Positions 52,169 through 62,681 of a DNA stretch of 64,000 nucleotides are shown piece by piece. Position numbers and translations under genes: made by a program. Numbering within the stretch: position 1 is the stretch's first letter; each line of letters starts with the position of its first letter. The notes beneath the pieces were generated by a model that saw nothing but the letters and a program-made list of their open reading frames with translations, was not told the DNA's origin and ran no database searches. The DNA is from an uncultured Holophagales bacterium (lineage in GTDB: Bacteria > Acidobacteriota > Thermoanaerobaculia > Multivoradales > UBA5704): assembly GCA_963842525.1 (NCBI GenBank), contig CAWJGT010000003.1:800001-864000 (forward strand). Reading direction: 5' to 3'.

Positions 52169-52351
52169 ATGAAGAAGAAGCTTCACAGGAAGCTCGAGCT
52201 CAACCGTGAGACCTTGCGGTCTCTCGCGGAGACCAACCTGCGCGGGGTTGCCGGGGTGCGCTCGGACACGTGCGTCATGCAGTGCGGGTCGGGCCCCAAC
52301 ACGGGCTGCTTCGACACCTGCCTCTGCACCTCGCCCGTCGTCTGTGAGTAG
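52169..52351 (+). CDS. Lanthipeptide-like RiPP precursor
   Basis: GGAGGAG RBS; leader KKLHRKLELNRETLRSL...VAG; Cys/Thr/Ser-rich core. Confidence 0.7.
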   Translation: MKKKLHRKLELNRETLRSLAETNLRGVAGVRSDTCVMQCGSGPNTGCFDTCLCTSPVVCE

Positions 52352-52356
52352 GCAGC

Positions 52357-53415
52357 TCAGCCGAACAGCGACATCTGCTCGCCCGGCCGCCGGAAGGCGG
52401 CGGTCGACAGCTCGGGAAAGGGACCGTCGAGGCCGTAGCGCTTTTTGAAGGTCTGGAAGGTGGCGCGGATCTGGTCGGCGAAGATCCCTTCCCCCCGCAT
52501 CCGGCTGCCGAAGCGCGGGTCGTTGACCTTCCCGCTCCGCAGGTCCCGGACCCGGTTGAGGACTTTGTCCTTGCGGTCCGGGAAGTGCTCTTCGAGCCAG
52601 GTCTCGAACAGGCCGGCCACCGCTCCAGGCAGCCGCATCACGACATAGCCCGCGGTTCGCGCTCCGGCTGCTGCTGCGGCCTCCAGGATCTTCGGCATCT
52701 CGTGGTCGGTGATCGCGGGCACGACCGGCGCGACCATGACCCCCACGGGGATGCCCGCCGCGGCCAGCCGTTCGACGGCCTTCAGGCGGTCCCGCGGGTG
52801 GGAGGCCCGCGGCTCCATCCGCCGGGCGACCTCGGGGTCGAGCGTGGTGATCGACACCATGACCGCGGCGGCCTGGTGCTCGGCGAGCGCCTGTAGGTGG
52901 TCGATGTCGCGCGTCACGAGCTCGTTCTTGGTGATGACCCCCACCGGGTTGCGGAATTCCGCCAGGACGGCGAGGCACCGGCGGGTGATCTCCAGCTTGC
53001 GCTCGACCGGCTGGTAGGGGTCCGTCACCCCGCTCATCGCCAGCGTCTGGGGCTTCCAACTCCGGGACGAAAGCTCCTTGCGCAGCAGCTCCGGCGCGTC
53101 CTCCTTGACCAGGATGCGGCTCTCGAAGTCGAGCCCGGCCGAGAAGCCCAGGTATTCGTGGGTGGGCCGGGCATAGCAATAGATGCAGCCGTGCTCGCAG
53201 CCACGGTAGGGGTTGATCGAGGCGTCGAAACCCACGTCCGGGCTGTCGTTGTACGTGATGATCGACCGCGAGCCGTCGCGCAGCAGCTCGGTTTCCACCC
53301 GCTCGGGGCCGGGCACCTCCAGCTCGACCGAGATGCGCTCGAACCGGTTCATCGGGTTCTCCGCCGCGCCGCGGCCCCTGGGAGAGACGGGTGGAGGGGT
53401 CGAAACGTCCGCCAT
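52357..53415 (-). CDS. PA0069-family radical SAM protein
   Basis: NPYRGCEHGCIYCYAR, TDPYQP. Confidence 0.9.
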   Translation of the reverse strand: MADVSTPPPVSPRGRGAAENPMNRFERISVELEVPGPERVETELLRDGSRSIITYNDSPDVGFDASINPYRGCEHGCIYCYARPTHEYLGFSAGLDFESRILVKEDAPELLRKELSSRSWKPQTLAMSGVTDPYQPVERKLEITRRCLAVLAEFRNPVGVITKNELVTRDIDHLQALAEHQAAAVMVSITTLDPEVARRMEPRASHPRDRLKAVERLAAAGIPVGVMVAPVVPAITDHEMPKILEAAAAAGARTAGYVVMRLPGAVAGLFETWLEEHFPDRKDKVLNRVRDLRSGKVNDPRFGSRMRGEGIFADQIRATFQTFKKRYGLDGPFPELSTAAFRRPGEQMSLFG

Positions 53416-53571
53416 GGGCGCATTCTACCAGTTGCGCCCTGTTTGCGCTACTTCGGCAGAGCTTCGCCTGAGCTCCGCCCCGTCCTGATCTTCCTCGGCT
53501 TCCTCGGATCTGTCGACCCCGATTTGGGCCCGAATCCGATATCCTGGTGAGATCCTGACTTGGAGGTCCCC

Positions 53572-54969
53572 ATGCGGAAAGCTCTCTGGATCGGAGCCGT
53601 TCTCGTCGTTTTGCTCGGTGCCGCGGCGGTGGCCGTCATCTTCGTGGACTTCGACTCGCCGCAGCTTGGGCAGCGGCTGCTCGCCGAGGTGAGCCGGCAG
53701 GCCGGCGTCCAGCTCCAGGCCGAGGGTTTTCACCTGAACCTGGCCCGCGGGCTGCGTCTGGAGAACGTCCGCTTCGAGACGGCCAGCCCCGCGGGCCGGC
53801 TCACCGTCACGGCCGCCGGGCTCGTCGCCGAGCACCGTTTGGCTCCGCTGCTGCGCGGCAAGGTGGAGATCGACCGTGTGGTCCTCTACGCGCCGCGGAT
53901 CGAGCTGGTGACTCCGCCGGAATCGGGAGCTCCACCCGTCCCCCTACCAGTCGAGGCCGGAGTCGCCCTGGCCGAGACTTCCGCCGCGGCCGTCCCTGAA
54001 GAGGCAGGTGGCGGAGTGGACCTGCGGGTCGACCGCATCCATTTGAAGGATGGCGTCCTGATCACGCGCACCGAGGGGCTGCCGGCGCCGGACGTGGAGA
54101 TCCGCGGCCTGGAGGTCGAGCTGCAGGGCCTTTCGATGGATCCGGCTGCGAAAACCCCGCTCCAGGGTCTTCATGCGGCCGGCGACCTGCGCATGGCCGA
54201 GGTTCTCCTCGGCACCCTGCGGGCCGTCGAAGGGCAGGGCCGCCTCGCCCTCGACGGCGGGCACTTCCTGTTGAAGGACTATTTGCTGCGGCTGAACGAG
54301 GGCCGGTTCCTGCTGTCGGACTTCGACGCCGACCTGAACCGCGATCCGTTCGCCTACCGGTTCGCCTGCCGGATCGAGCCGCTGGACACCAACACCGTCC
54401 TTGCCGCCGGCCCGAACGGCGGCTTCGGTCCCGGCCTGCTGGTCTTCACGGCCGAGGGGACCGGCACCGAGACGCAGGACCTCGCCGGCCAGGGCACCCT
54501 GTCCATCGCGGCAGGGAAGGTGCCGGGCTCTCCCCTGTTCAAGGCTCTGGAGCTGACCCTCGGGCGGGTGACCCTGAACGGCTCAGCCTACGACGCCTTC
54601 GCTGTCCCTTTCCGCATCCACCGCGACCGCCTGATCTTCGAGCCGTTCGAGCTGCGGACCTCGACCCTCGCGGTCAGTTTCGCGGGCTGGGCGGACATGG
54701 CCGGTCCCGTCGACCTCCGCGTGGCCGTGAAGGCGCCGCGCGAGCTTGTGTCGCTGGCGCGTGTGCCGCCCCGGGTACTCGACCTGGTGAGCCAGAACGG
54801 CCAGGTGACCGTGCCGCTCCGCGTTTCGGGCGCCCTGGAAAGCCCGCGGGTGACCCCCGATGCGGAAGCATTGCGGGCAATCGGAGGCCACGCCGTCGGG
54901 GAGGCCGTGCGGCAGGGAGCCCAGCGCGTGGTCGGCAAGGCGCTCGGCAAGCTCTTCAACCGCCATTGA
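53572..54969 (+). CDS. AsmA-like protein
   Basis: N-terminal anchor, beta-rich body, C-terminal VPLRVSGALESP. Confidence 0.6.
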   Translation: MRKALWIGAVLVVLLGAAAVAVIFVDFDSPQLGQRLLAEVSRQAGVQLQAEGFHLNLARGLRLENVRFETASPAGRLTVTAAGLVAEHRLAPLLRGKVEIDRVVLYAPRIELVTPPESGAPPVPLPVEAGVALAETSAAAVPEEAGGGVDLRVDRIHLKDGVLITRTEGLPAPDVEIRGLEVELQGLSMDPAAKTPLQGLHAAGDLRMAEVLLGTLRAVEGQGRLALDGGHFLLKDYLLRLNEGRFLLSDFDADLNRDPFAYRFACRIEPLDTNTVLAAGPNGGFGPGLLVFTAEGTGTETQDLAGQGTLSIAAGKVPGSPLFKALELTLGRVTLNGSAYDAFAVPFRIHRDRLIFEPFELRTSTLAVSFAGWADMAGPVDLRVAVKAPRELVSLARVPPRVLDLVSQNGQVTVPLRVSGALESPRVTPDAEALRAIGGHAVGEAVRQGAQRVVGKALGKLFNRH

Positions 54970-55064
54970 GAGCACGGCCGGCGAGGGGACCGGAATTCCG
55001 CTGTGCTAGCATGCCGGCCCGGTTGTTCCAGAAGACTGTTGAACAGGAAAAGAGAGGAGACGAC

Positions 55065-55271
55065 ATGAGAAAGCTGTTGCTTTGCCTCGGAGTCACCGCC
55101 ATCTGTCTGTTCCTGACGAGTCCCCCGAGCCAGGCCGTTCCACCCATTCTGGCTCCGATCTGCCTGGACTATTGCTGCTACTCCAGTGCGGCGACCTCGA
55201 CCACCAAGTGCTGGCACAACAGCGTTCTCAGGACCTGCGGCTGGTACTGGCAGAACTACGAATGCCCCTGA
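55065..55271 (+). CDS. Secreted Cys-rich peptide
   Basis: GAGGAG RBS; signal peptide ending SQA; six Cys in the mature part. Confidence 0.65.
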   Translation: MRKLLLCLGVTAICLFLTSPPSQAVPPILAPICLDYCCYSSAATSTTKCWHNSVLRTCGWYWQNYECP

Positions 55272-55417
55272 GCTGGCGCCCGCCGCTCGAGAGCTAGCCG
55301 CCTGCATTCCCTGGCAGGGCGTCCCCGCGCGGCGCCCTGCCAGCCTGAGTGGTCCGTCCGCCCCGTTGACCCCGCCCGCCCCCTTCCCATAGCCTGACCC
55401 TGACGAAAGGGGGAACC

Positions 55418-56200
55418 TTGGTCCGTACCTACAGCTCCTATTTGCGGCTCGACGAGCTCCTGAGCCTCCAGACGCCGGCCTCGGAGGGACCGGAGCACGA
55501 CGAGACGCTGTTCATCGTCATCCACCAGGTCTACGAGCTCTGGTTCAAGCAAGTCCTCCATGAGACCGACCTGCTGCGGCGCAGCCTGGAAACCGGCGAC
55601 GCGCCGCGGGCCCTCTCCACGTTCAAGCGGATCCTGACGATCTTCAAGACCCTCGTCGCCCAGGTGGACGTCCTGGAGACCATGACGCCGATTTCGTTCA
55701 ACAGCTTCCGCTATCGCCTCGACAGCGCCAGCGGCTTCCAGTCCGCCCAGTTCCGGCTCATCGAGTACGCCTTCGGCCACCGCCGGCCCGAGGTCCTCAA
55801 ATGGATGCCCGAAGGGAGCGCGGAGCTGCGGCGCCTGGAGGAAGAGATGCGCCGGCCGAGCCTCTATGCCTCCTTCCTCCGCTTCCTCGACTCGAACCAT
55901 TATCCGATCCCCACCGACATCCTGGAGCGCGATCCCGCTCTGCCGGCCCCGGAGGACGAGCGGGTCCAGAAGCTCCTGATCCAGATCTATCGCGAGGACC
56001 CCGCCAACCGCGAGGTCTGCGAGCGGATGGTCGACCTCGACGAAGGGCTTCAGGAGTGGCGGTACCGCCACATCAAGATGGTGCAGCGGACGATCGGCGC
56101 GAAGATGGGCACAGGCGGTTCCGCGGGGTCCGAGTACCTGGCGAGCACGCTCTTCAAGGCTCTGTTCCCCGACCTCTGGACGATCCGGTCGTCGCTGTAG
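55418..56200 (+). CDS. kynA: Tryptophan 2,3-dioxygenase
   Basis: HDETLFIVIHQVYELWFK, ASGFQSAQFR, GTGGSAG, FPDLW. Confidence 0.93.
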   Translation: MVRTYSSYLRLDELLSLQTPASEGPEHDETLFIVIHQVYELWFKQVLHETDLLRRSLETGDAPRALSTFKRILTIFKTLVAQVDVLETMTPISFNSFRYRLDSASGFQSAQFRLIEYAFGHRRPEVLKWMPEGSAELRRLEEEMRRPSLYASFLRFLDSNHYPIPTDILERDPALPAPEDERVQKLLIQIYREDPANREVCERMVDLDEGLQEWRYRHIKMVQRTIGAKMGTGGSAGSEYLASTLFKALFPDLWTIRSSL

Positions 56201-56239
56201 CCGGCTTGGCTTCAGCTCACCCCGGCTGGCGCGTTTCGG

Positions 56240-58682
56240 TCATTCCCGCAGGGCCCTCAGCGGATCGAGCCGCGCCGCCCGGCGGGCCGGCAGCCAGCAG
56301 GCGGAGAGGGCCACCAGGGCGAGGACGGCGGGCACGCTCACGAAGGTGAGCGGATCGGTGGCCTCGATGCCGAAGAGCAGGCTCGCCAGCACCCGCGTCA
56401 GCCCGAACGCGCCGAGCAGGCCGACGGCCACGCCTATGGCCGTCAGTCCCATGCCCTGGCGCAGGATCAGGTGGAGGATGTCCTGCGAACGCGCCCCGAC
56501 CGCCATGCGGATGCCGATCTCACGCACCCGCAACGTCACCGTATAGCGGAGCAGGCCGAAGAGCCCGATCACCGCCACGCCCAGGCCGAGCAGGCCGAAC
56601 AGCCCGGCGATCTCGGCGTGCATCCGCGGCTGGACGAGGCTGCGGCGCATCTGCTCGCGGACGGTGCTCAGCTCGACCACCGAGACGTCCGAATGGACGG
56701 TCCGCAGCGCCTTGCGCAGCGGCGGGATCACGGTCGCCGGCGAAGCCGCGGTGCGCACCAGCAGCGTCATCCGCGAGTGCCGCCGCTGGAGGGACGAGAA
56801 ATAGAGGAAGGGCTTGGGAGGCTCGACGAGCGACTGGCGGACGTCGGCGGCCACGCCGATCACCTCGAACCGGGGACCGGGCTCGCCGGGCTTGGGCGGA
56901 TCGGTCACGGTGAGGATGCGTCCTACGGGGTTGGCATCGCCCCAGAGCCGGCGCGCCAGCTCGCGGCTGACCACGACCACGCCCGGGCTGTCCCTGCGGT
57001 CGCGGCGGTCCAGGGCCCGCCCCAGCAGGACCGGGACCCGGGTGGTCTCGAAAAAGCCGCGGGCGACCAGGTTGTAGCCCGCCTCGAGCGGCTTGCCCGG
57101 TCCCTCGCCGCTGGTGACCTGCGTGGCGCGGAACCAGCCGGCGAGCGGCGTGACATGCGCGAGGCTGGCGGAGGTCACGCCCGGCACCGCGCTGGCCGCC
57201 TCCAGGACCCGCTGATAGACGGCATGCCCATCCTCGCCCGGCGCCGTATTACGCGGCAGATAGAACGTGACGGACACAATGTTGTCCATGTCGAAGCCCG
57301 GGTCCACCTGCTGCGCGTAGCGCAGCGTGCGCACCAGCAGGCTCCCGCCAAGCAGCAGGAGCACCGAGAGCGCCACCTGGGCGATCACCAGGACCTTGCG
57401 CAGCGTGAGAGCTCGCGTCGGAGCCGCCGTTCCGCCGCTCTCGCTCTTGAGGACGACCAGCAGGTCCCGCCGCACGCCCTGGAGCACCGGGGCCAGCCCG
57501 CAGAGGAGGGCACAGGCGCACGTGACCAGCAGCACGAAGGCGAAGGCCCTGCCGTCCAGCCGGACGAGCTCGTCCCCTTCTCCCCAGTTGCCGAGGCCGC
57601 CGGGCGCGGTCATCACATAGTCCTCGATCCGGCGAGCCAGAAAGGCGGCGAAGGCGATGCCCAGCGCTCCGCCCGCGGTGCAGAGCAGCAGGCTCTCCGC
57701 CATTACCCCGCCCAGCAGCCGCATCCGGCCGGCGCCGAGGGCGGCGCGGATGCCCCACTCGCGCTGCCGCTCCACCGCCCGGGCGAGCAGGAGATTGGCC
57801 ACGTTGGCGCATCCCAGGAGCAGGAAGAGCACCGCGGCCGCGAGCAGGACACGAGCCGCGATGAGAAGCGGATTCGGGCCCCAGCCTTCGTCGAATCGTG
57901 TCGCCGGCACGAGTGCGGGACGGCGCTTGGCGCTCTGTGCGAGGGGAAACACTTCGTCCAGAGCGCGCCCGGCGAGATCCAGCTCGGCCTGGGCCTGCGC
58001 CGGGGTGATCGCCGGGGCGATCCGGCCGAGGACCTGGAGCCAGTGCGATTCCGGATCGGCGAGCCGCGCCACCCCCGTCACCTCGTCGGTCTGGGCCATC
58101 GGCACATACACCGCCGAGGCGAGGCCCGCACCCTGGTGGCCCTCTTCGACCACGCCGACGACGTGGAAGTCCAATCCGTTGATCCGGATCTGCCGGCCCA
58201 CCACCTCCGGATCACCGCCGAGGGTCCCCTGCCAGAAGAAATGCCCGAGCACCGCGACCCGCTCGGCGCCCGGCCGGTCGTCCTCGGGCTGGAGGAGCCG
58301 GCCCAGCGCAGGCCGGGTGGAGAAGAACGGGAAATAGCCTCCAGTGACCGTCTGCGTCCACGCGAATGTCGTCGTCTCGCCCTGTCCGACCGAGGCGCCG
58401 AACCGCGAATAGGCCACGAAATCCTGGACCGCCTTCTGGAGCCTGGGGAGCTCCTGGAGGCTCCGGGTAGGAAACCGTGCCGCGCGGCTCCTCCGCCGTC
58501 CCCAGGTAGACCCACACCGTCCGCTCCGGGTCGGGACCGTCGATCCGCGGCCGCAGCATGGCGATCAGATAGGCGAACAGAGCCGTGCTCGCGCCAATCC
58601 CCAGCGCCAGCGTCAGCACGATCATCAGAGACATGCCAGGCTGCCGGGCAAGCGAACGCAAAGCCGTCATGACATGCCGCAT
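56240..58682 (-). CDS. ADOP-type ABC permease (frameshift near 58460)
   Basis: [43 protein letters not shown]. Confidence 0.85.
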
Positions 58683-58789
58683 GGGGCTCCCTCCAAGTCA
58701 TCCAGGATGGTTCTACGGAGGAGGACTGTAGCACGTCGCGGGCTGTTGCATCGATGCGCAAGAAGCGAGCTGTAGTATCTTTCCGCCGC

Positions 58790-58861
58790 GACTGGAACAA
58801 ATACCGGGCCTACATCCAGGACAATCCACATCGCTGGAAACACAACCCAAAGACACCGTAG
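58790..58861 (+). pseudogene. 3' remnant of a REP-associated tyrosine transposase (RAYT)
   Basis: Reads DWNKYRAYIQDNPHRW...*, matching the YIxxNPxxW tail of RAYTs; abuts a GTAG palindrome. Confidence 0.45.
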
Positions 58862-58873
58862 TCACCATAGATG

Positions 58874-59221
58874 CCGTAGAGACGCCCTAGTCCACGACCA
58901 CTGCCCTTTTGGGTACCACAGCGGCCAGGGCGTCTCCGGTCTTGCGATACCGTTTCGGACCGTCACCGGGCGGGGTGGATTGCACCTGTACCACCACGGC
59001 CAGGGTGTCTCCTTCATTTATCGCGATACCGTTCCGGACGGTCACCGGGCGGAGGCACCCGCAACGCGAAATCCGATCGGCTGTCGCCAAAACGCCACCA
59101 ACCCCGGGGCAGGCGGATGTCGGGGACATGATGAAATGTTCGTGGTGGCGGGGGCCGGAGACGCCCTGGCCGCGGTGGTAGCCGATAGGGTTGTGGTCGT
59201 GGACTAGGGCGTCTTCTACGG
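58874..59221. mobile_element. REPIN-like nested inverted repeat
   Basis: CCGTAGAGACGCCCTAGTCCACGACCAC ... GTGGTCGTGGACTAGGGCGTCTTCTACGG, with an inner CAGGGCGTCTCCGG / CCGGAGACGCCCTG pair. Confidence 0.75.
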
Positions 59222-59272
59222 GTGCCGACGTGGGGGAATGGATTCCGGTGGGTGATATAGCATGATCGGACC

Positions 59273-60774
59273 ATGAACCTCCACGACCTCTTCTCGATCG
59301 CGGTCGCCCGCAACCCGGGCAAGGCGGCGCTTCGCTTCGCCGCGGACGGGACCGTGAACGATCTCTCCTACCAGGAGCTGTTCGCCGCCGCGGACCGCCT
59401 GGCCGCCGGCCTCTTGGCGCGCGGGGTGGAGAAGGGGGACCGGGTCGCCTTTTTTCTGGGCAACCGGCCGGAATTCGTGACCGCCTACCTCGCCGTGCTG
59501 CGGATCGGCGCGGTGATGGTGCCGATCAACCTCGCCTACCGGCGCCGCGAGATCGGCCACATGCTGCGCGACGCCGCGCCGCGTCTTCTGCTGACCGAAC
59601 GGGCCCACCTGCCCATCCTGGACGAGGTGGACGAGGAGGACAGGCGCAGCATCGAGGAGATCCTCCTTGCCGAGGATGTCAACGGCGGCGATCCGGCAGG
59701 CCTTACGATGCCCCGGGTCGAGGGAAGCGACCTGGCGATGCTCCTCTATACCTCGGGCACCACCGGCCGCAGCAAGGGGGCGATGATCACCCACGACAAC
59801 GTGATGGCGACCGTCACCGGCCTTCTCGCCGCCTGGGCCTGGCAGGCGGACGACTCCCTGCTGCTCTCGCTGCCCCTCTTCCACACCCACGGCCTCGTCG
59901 TGGGCCTGACCTGCGCGCTGACCGCCGGGGCCACCGTCCTGCTGCGGCGCAAGTTCGACGCCGCCGAGGCGGTTCGCGACCTGCTCGGCGGCGAGCCGAC
60001 CCTCTTCTTCGGCGTCCCCACCATGTACGTGCGGCTGGTCGAGGAGCTGCGGCAGGACCGCCGGACCGTTCGGCCCTCCGGCGGATGCGCCTTTTCTGCT
60101 CGGGGAGCGCCCCGCTCGCGCCGGAGACCTTCGAAGCCTTCCGCGAGCTGACCGGCCACGCGATCCTCGAACGCTACGGCATGACCGAGACCGGTATGAA
60201 CCTGAGCAATCCCTACGCGGGAACGCGCCGGCCGGGCACCGTGGGCACGCCGCTCCCCGGCGTCTCGGCCCGCATCGTCGACGCCCAGGGCCAGGACGTG
60301 CCGCCGGGTTCGGAAGGCGAGCTCCTGGTGCGCGGCAGCAATGTTTTTTCAGGCTACTGGCAGGCGCCGGAGAAGACCGCCGAGAGCTTCCTCCACGACG
60401 ACCTCGGCCGCCGCTGGTTCCGCACCGGCGACCTCGCCCGGCAGGAGATGGAAGACGGTTATTACACGCTCCTCGGCCGCCGCCACGAATTGATCATCTC
60501 GGGCGGCTTCAACATCTATCCGCGCGAGATCGAAGAAGTCCTGACCTCCTTCCCCGGCGTCAAAGAAGCCGCGGTCGCCGGCCGGCCCCATCCCGAGTGG
60601 GGCGAAGTGCCGGCCGCTTTCCTGGTCGTCGACGGATCGATCGAAGAGGCCGAGCTGATCGATTTCTGCAAGCGCCAGCTCGCCAGCTTCAAGGTGCCGC
60701 GGACGGTTTGTTATGTCGACGCCCTGCCCAGGAACGCACTGGGCAAGGTGCAGAAACACCTGCTGCCGAAGTAG
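59273..60774 (+). CDS. Acyl-CoA synthetase, malonyl-CoA synthetase-like (frameshift near 60075)
   Basis: YTSGTTGRSKG, ERYGMTE, FRTGD, LPRNALGKVQK. Confidence 0.88.
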
Positions 60775-60799
60775 GATTCCGCCCCAGGAGGATCGAGGC

Positions 60800-61246
60800 A
60801 TGTCCGGCGACGATCAGGATTTCAAGCAGGCGGTGGAGGCAGGAGACGGGATCTTCGTCCTGCGGGGCGGCGGCGACAAGAGCCGCTCCTGGAACGGCAT
60901 CCAGTACAAGACCGGCCTGTCGGCGAAGAACGTCAACGCGAAGAAGCTGTCGATGAACGTGGCAACCATTCCGCCGGGCGGAGTGGCCTACGCCCACATC
61001 CACGTCGACTTCGAGGTCATGCTGTACATCCTCGCGGGGCGGGTCCGGCACGAGTACGGCCCCGGCCTCACCAAGGTGGTCGACAACCAGGCCGGCGACT
61101 TCATCTTCATCGAGCCCGGCGTCCCGCACGAGGTCTTCAACCTGAGCGACACCGAGCCAGTCGTCGCCGTGGTCGCCCGTTCGGACGCCTCGGAGTGGGA
61201 GAACATCATCTCCTACGACCGGAGCCGCGGCGCCGCTCCCGTATAG
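60800..61246 (+). CDS. Cupin domain protein
   Basis: AHIHVDFE...GDFIFIEPGVPH. Confidence 0.85.
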   Translation: MSGDDQDFKQAVEAGDGIFVLRGGGDKSRSWNGIQYKTGLSAKNVNAKKLSMNVATIPPGGVAYAHIHVDFEVMLYILAGRVRHEYGPGLTKVVDNQAGDFIFIEPGVPHEVFNLSDTEPVVAVVARSDASEWENIISYDRSRGAAPV

Positions 61247-61291
61247 AATCGCGCTCCGGCACGAACCGCCGCAGCCCGAGGAGGACTCTGG

Positions 61292-62176
61292 ATGAAGCCA
61301 GCCCCGTTCGACTACCTCGCGCCGGACTCTCTGGAGTCCGCGCTGGACGCTCTCGCCCAGCACGGCGGCGAGGCCAAGATCCTGGCCGGCGGGCAGAGCC
61401 TGATCCCGGTGATGAATTTCCGGCTGGCCCAGCCCTCCATCCTCATCGACCTCAACAAGATCCACGAGCTCGACTTCGTCCGCCGTGGCGAGGACGGCGG
61501 CCTCTTGATCGGCGCCATGACCCGCCAGCGGCGGCTGGAGCGCGATCCTCTCGTGGCCGAGGCGGCGCCGCTGTTGCGCGAGGCGGTCCCCTGGATCGCC
61601 CATCCGCAGATCCGCAACCGCGGAACGCTCGGCGGCAGCCTCTCCCATGCGGATCCGGCGGCCGAGCTGCCGGCCCTTGCCGTGGCTCTTCGTGCCCGTC
61701 TGCGGCTCCGCAAGGCCGGCGGCGACCGCTGGGTCGATGCAAGCGACTTCTTCGCGGGGCTCTTCACCACCGCCCTGGAGCCGGACGAGATCCTGGTCGA
61801 GGCCGCGATCCCGCCGCTCCCTTCCCGCACCGGCTGGGCCTTCCTGGAGGTCGCCCGCCGTCACGGCGACTACGCCCAGGTCGGCCTGGCCGCCCTCGTC
61901 ACCCTGGGAGAGGATGACCGCTGTCGCGAGGCGCGGCTGGTCTTTCTCAGCGTTGGAGACGCGCCGGTCGAGGCCCGGGAGGCGGCCCGGCTCCTGGTGG
62001 GGGAGGAGATCTCGCCGCGGGCGATCGAAGCCGCGGCGGACAAGGCTTCGCGCGACGAGATGAACCCCCGCGGGGACGTCCATGCCAGCCCCGAGTTCAA
62101 GCGGCACCTGGCCCGTGTGCTCACCGGCCGGGCGCTGCGCCGGGCCGCCGAGCGGGCCCGCAACGGGAGATCCTGA
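61292..62176 (+). CDS. Xanthine dehydrogenase/CoxM-type FAD-binding subunit
   Basis: AGGQSLIP, IRNRGTLGGS, ADPAAE, RRHGDYA. Confidence 0.92.
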   Translation: MKPAPFDYLAPDSLESALDALAQHGGEAKILAGGQSLIPVMNFRLAQPSILIDLNKIHELDFVRRGEDGGLLIGAMTRQRRLERDPLVAEAAPLLREAVPWIAHPQIRNRGTLGGSLSHADPAAELPALAVALRARLRLRKAGGDRWVDASDFFAGLFTTALEPDEILVEAAIPPLPSRTGWAFLEVARRHGDYAQVGLAALVTLGEDDRCREARLVFLSVGDAPVEAREAARLLVGEEISPRAIEAAADKASRDEMNPRGDVHASPEFKRHLARVLTGRALRRAAERARNGRS

Positions 62177-62674
62177 ATGACGGCTCTCTACAAGGTCTCG
62201 GTCACGGTCAACGGCCGGCGCTACGAGCGCGAGGTCGAGCCGCGCCTGCTGCTGTCGGACTTCCTGCGCCACGAGCTGGGCCTGACCGGCACGCACGTGG
62301 GCTGCGAGCACGGGGTGTGCGGCGCCTGCACGATCCTCTTCGACGGCGAGCCGGCCCGCTCGTGCATCCTGCTGGCGGTCCAGGCGGACGGCCACGAGCT
62401 CACCACGGTCGAGGCGCTCGCGCCGGGGCCCGACCAGCTCCACCCCCTGCAGCAGGCCTTCTGGGAGTGCCACGGCCTCCAGTGCGGCTTCTGCACACCG
62501 GGCTTCCTCATGACCCTGGTGCCCTTCCTGGAGGAGAATTCCGACCCGTCCGAAGCCGAGATCCGCCAGGCCATCTCCGGCAACCTCTGCCGCTGCACGG
62601 GCTACCAGCACATCGTCGACGCGGTGAAGCTGGCCGCGGAACGGCGGCGTTCTCCGGGAGCGGCTACGGGATGA
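62177..62674 (+). CDS. CoxS-type 2Fe-2S subunit
   Basis: GCEHGVCGAC, QCGFCTPG, NLCRCTGY. Confidence 0.93.
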   Translation: MTALYKVSVTVNGRRYEREVEPRLLLSDFLRHELGLTGTHVGCEHGVCGACTILFDGEPARSCILLAVQADGHELTTVEALAPGPDQLHPLQQAFWECHGLQCGFCTPGFLMTLVPFLEENSDPSEAEIRQAISGNLCRCTGYQHIVDAVKLAAERRRSPGAATG

Positions 62675-62681
62675 TCGACCG

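Noticed and set aside
52169-53415. Radical SAM enzyme as the maturase of the adjacent Cys-rich peptide
   Set aside because: It is a PA0069/SPL-like protein with no SPASM or RRE features and is convergent, not co-transcribed.
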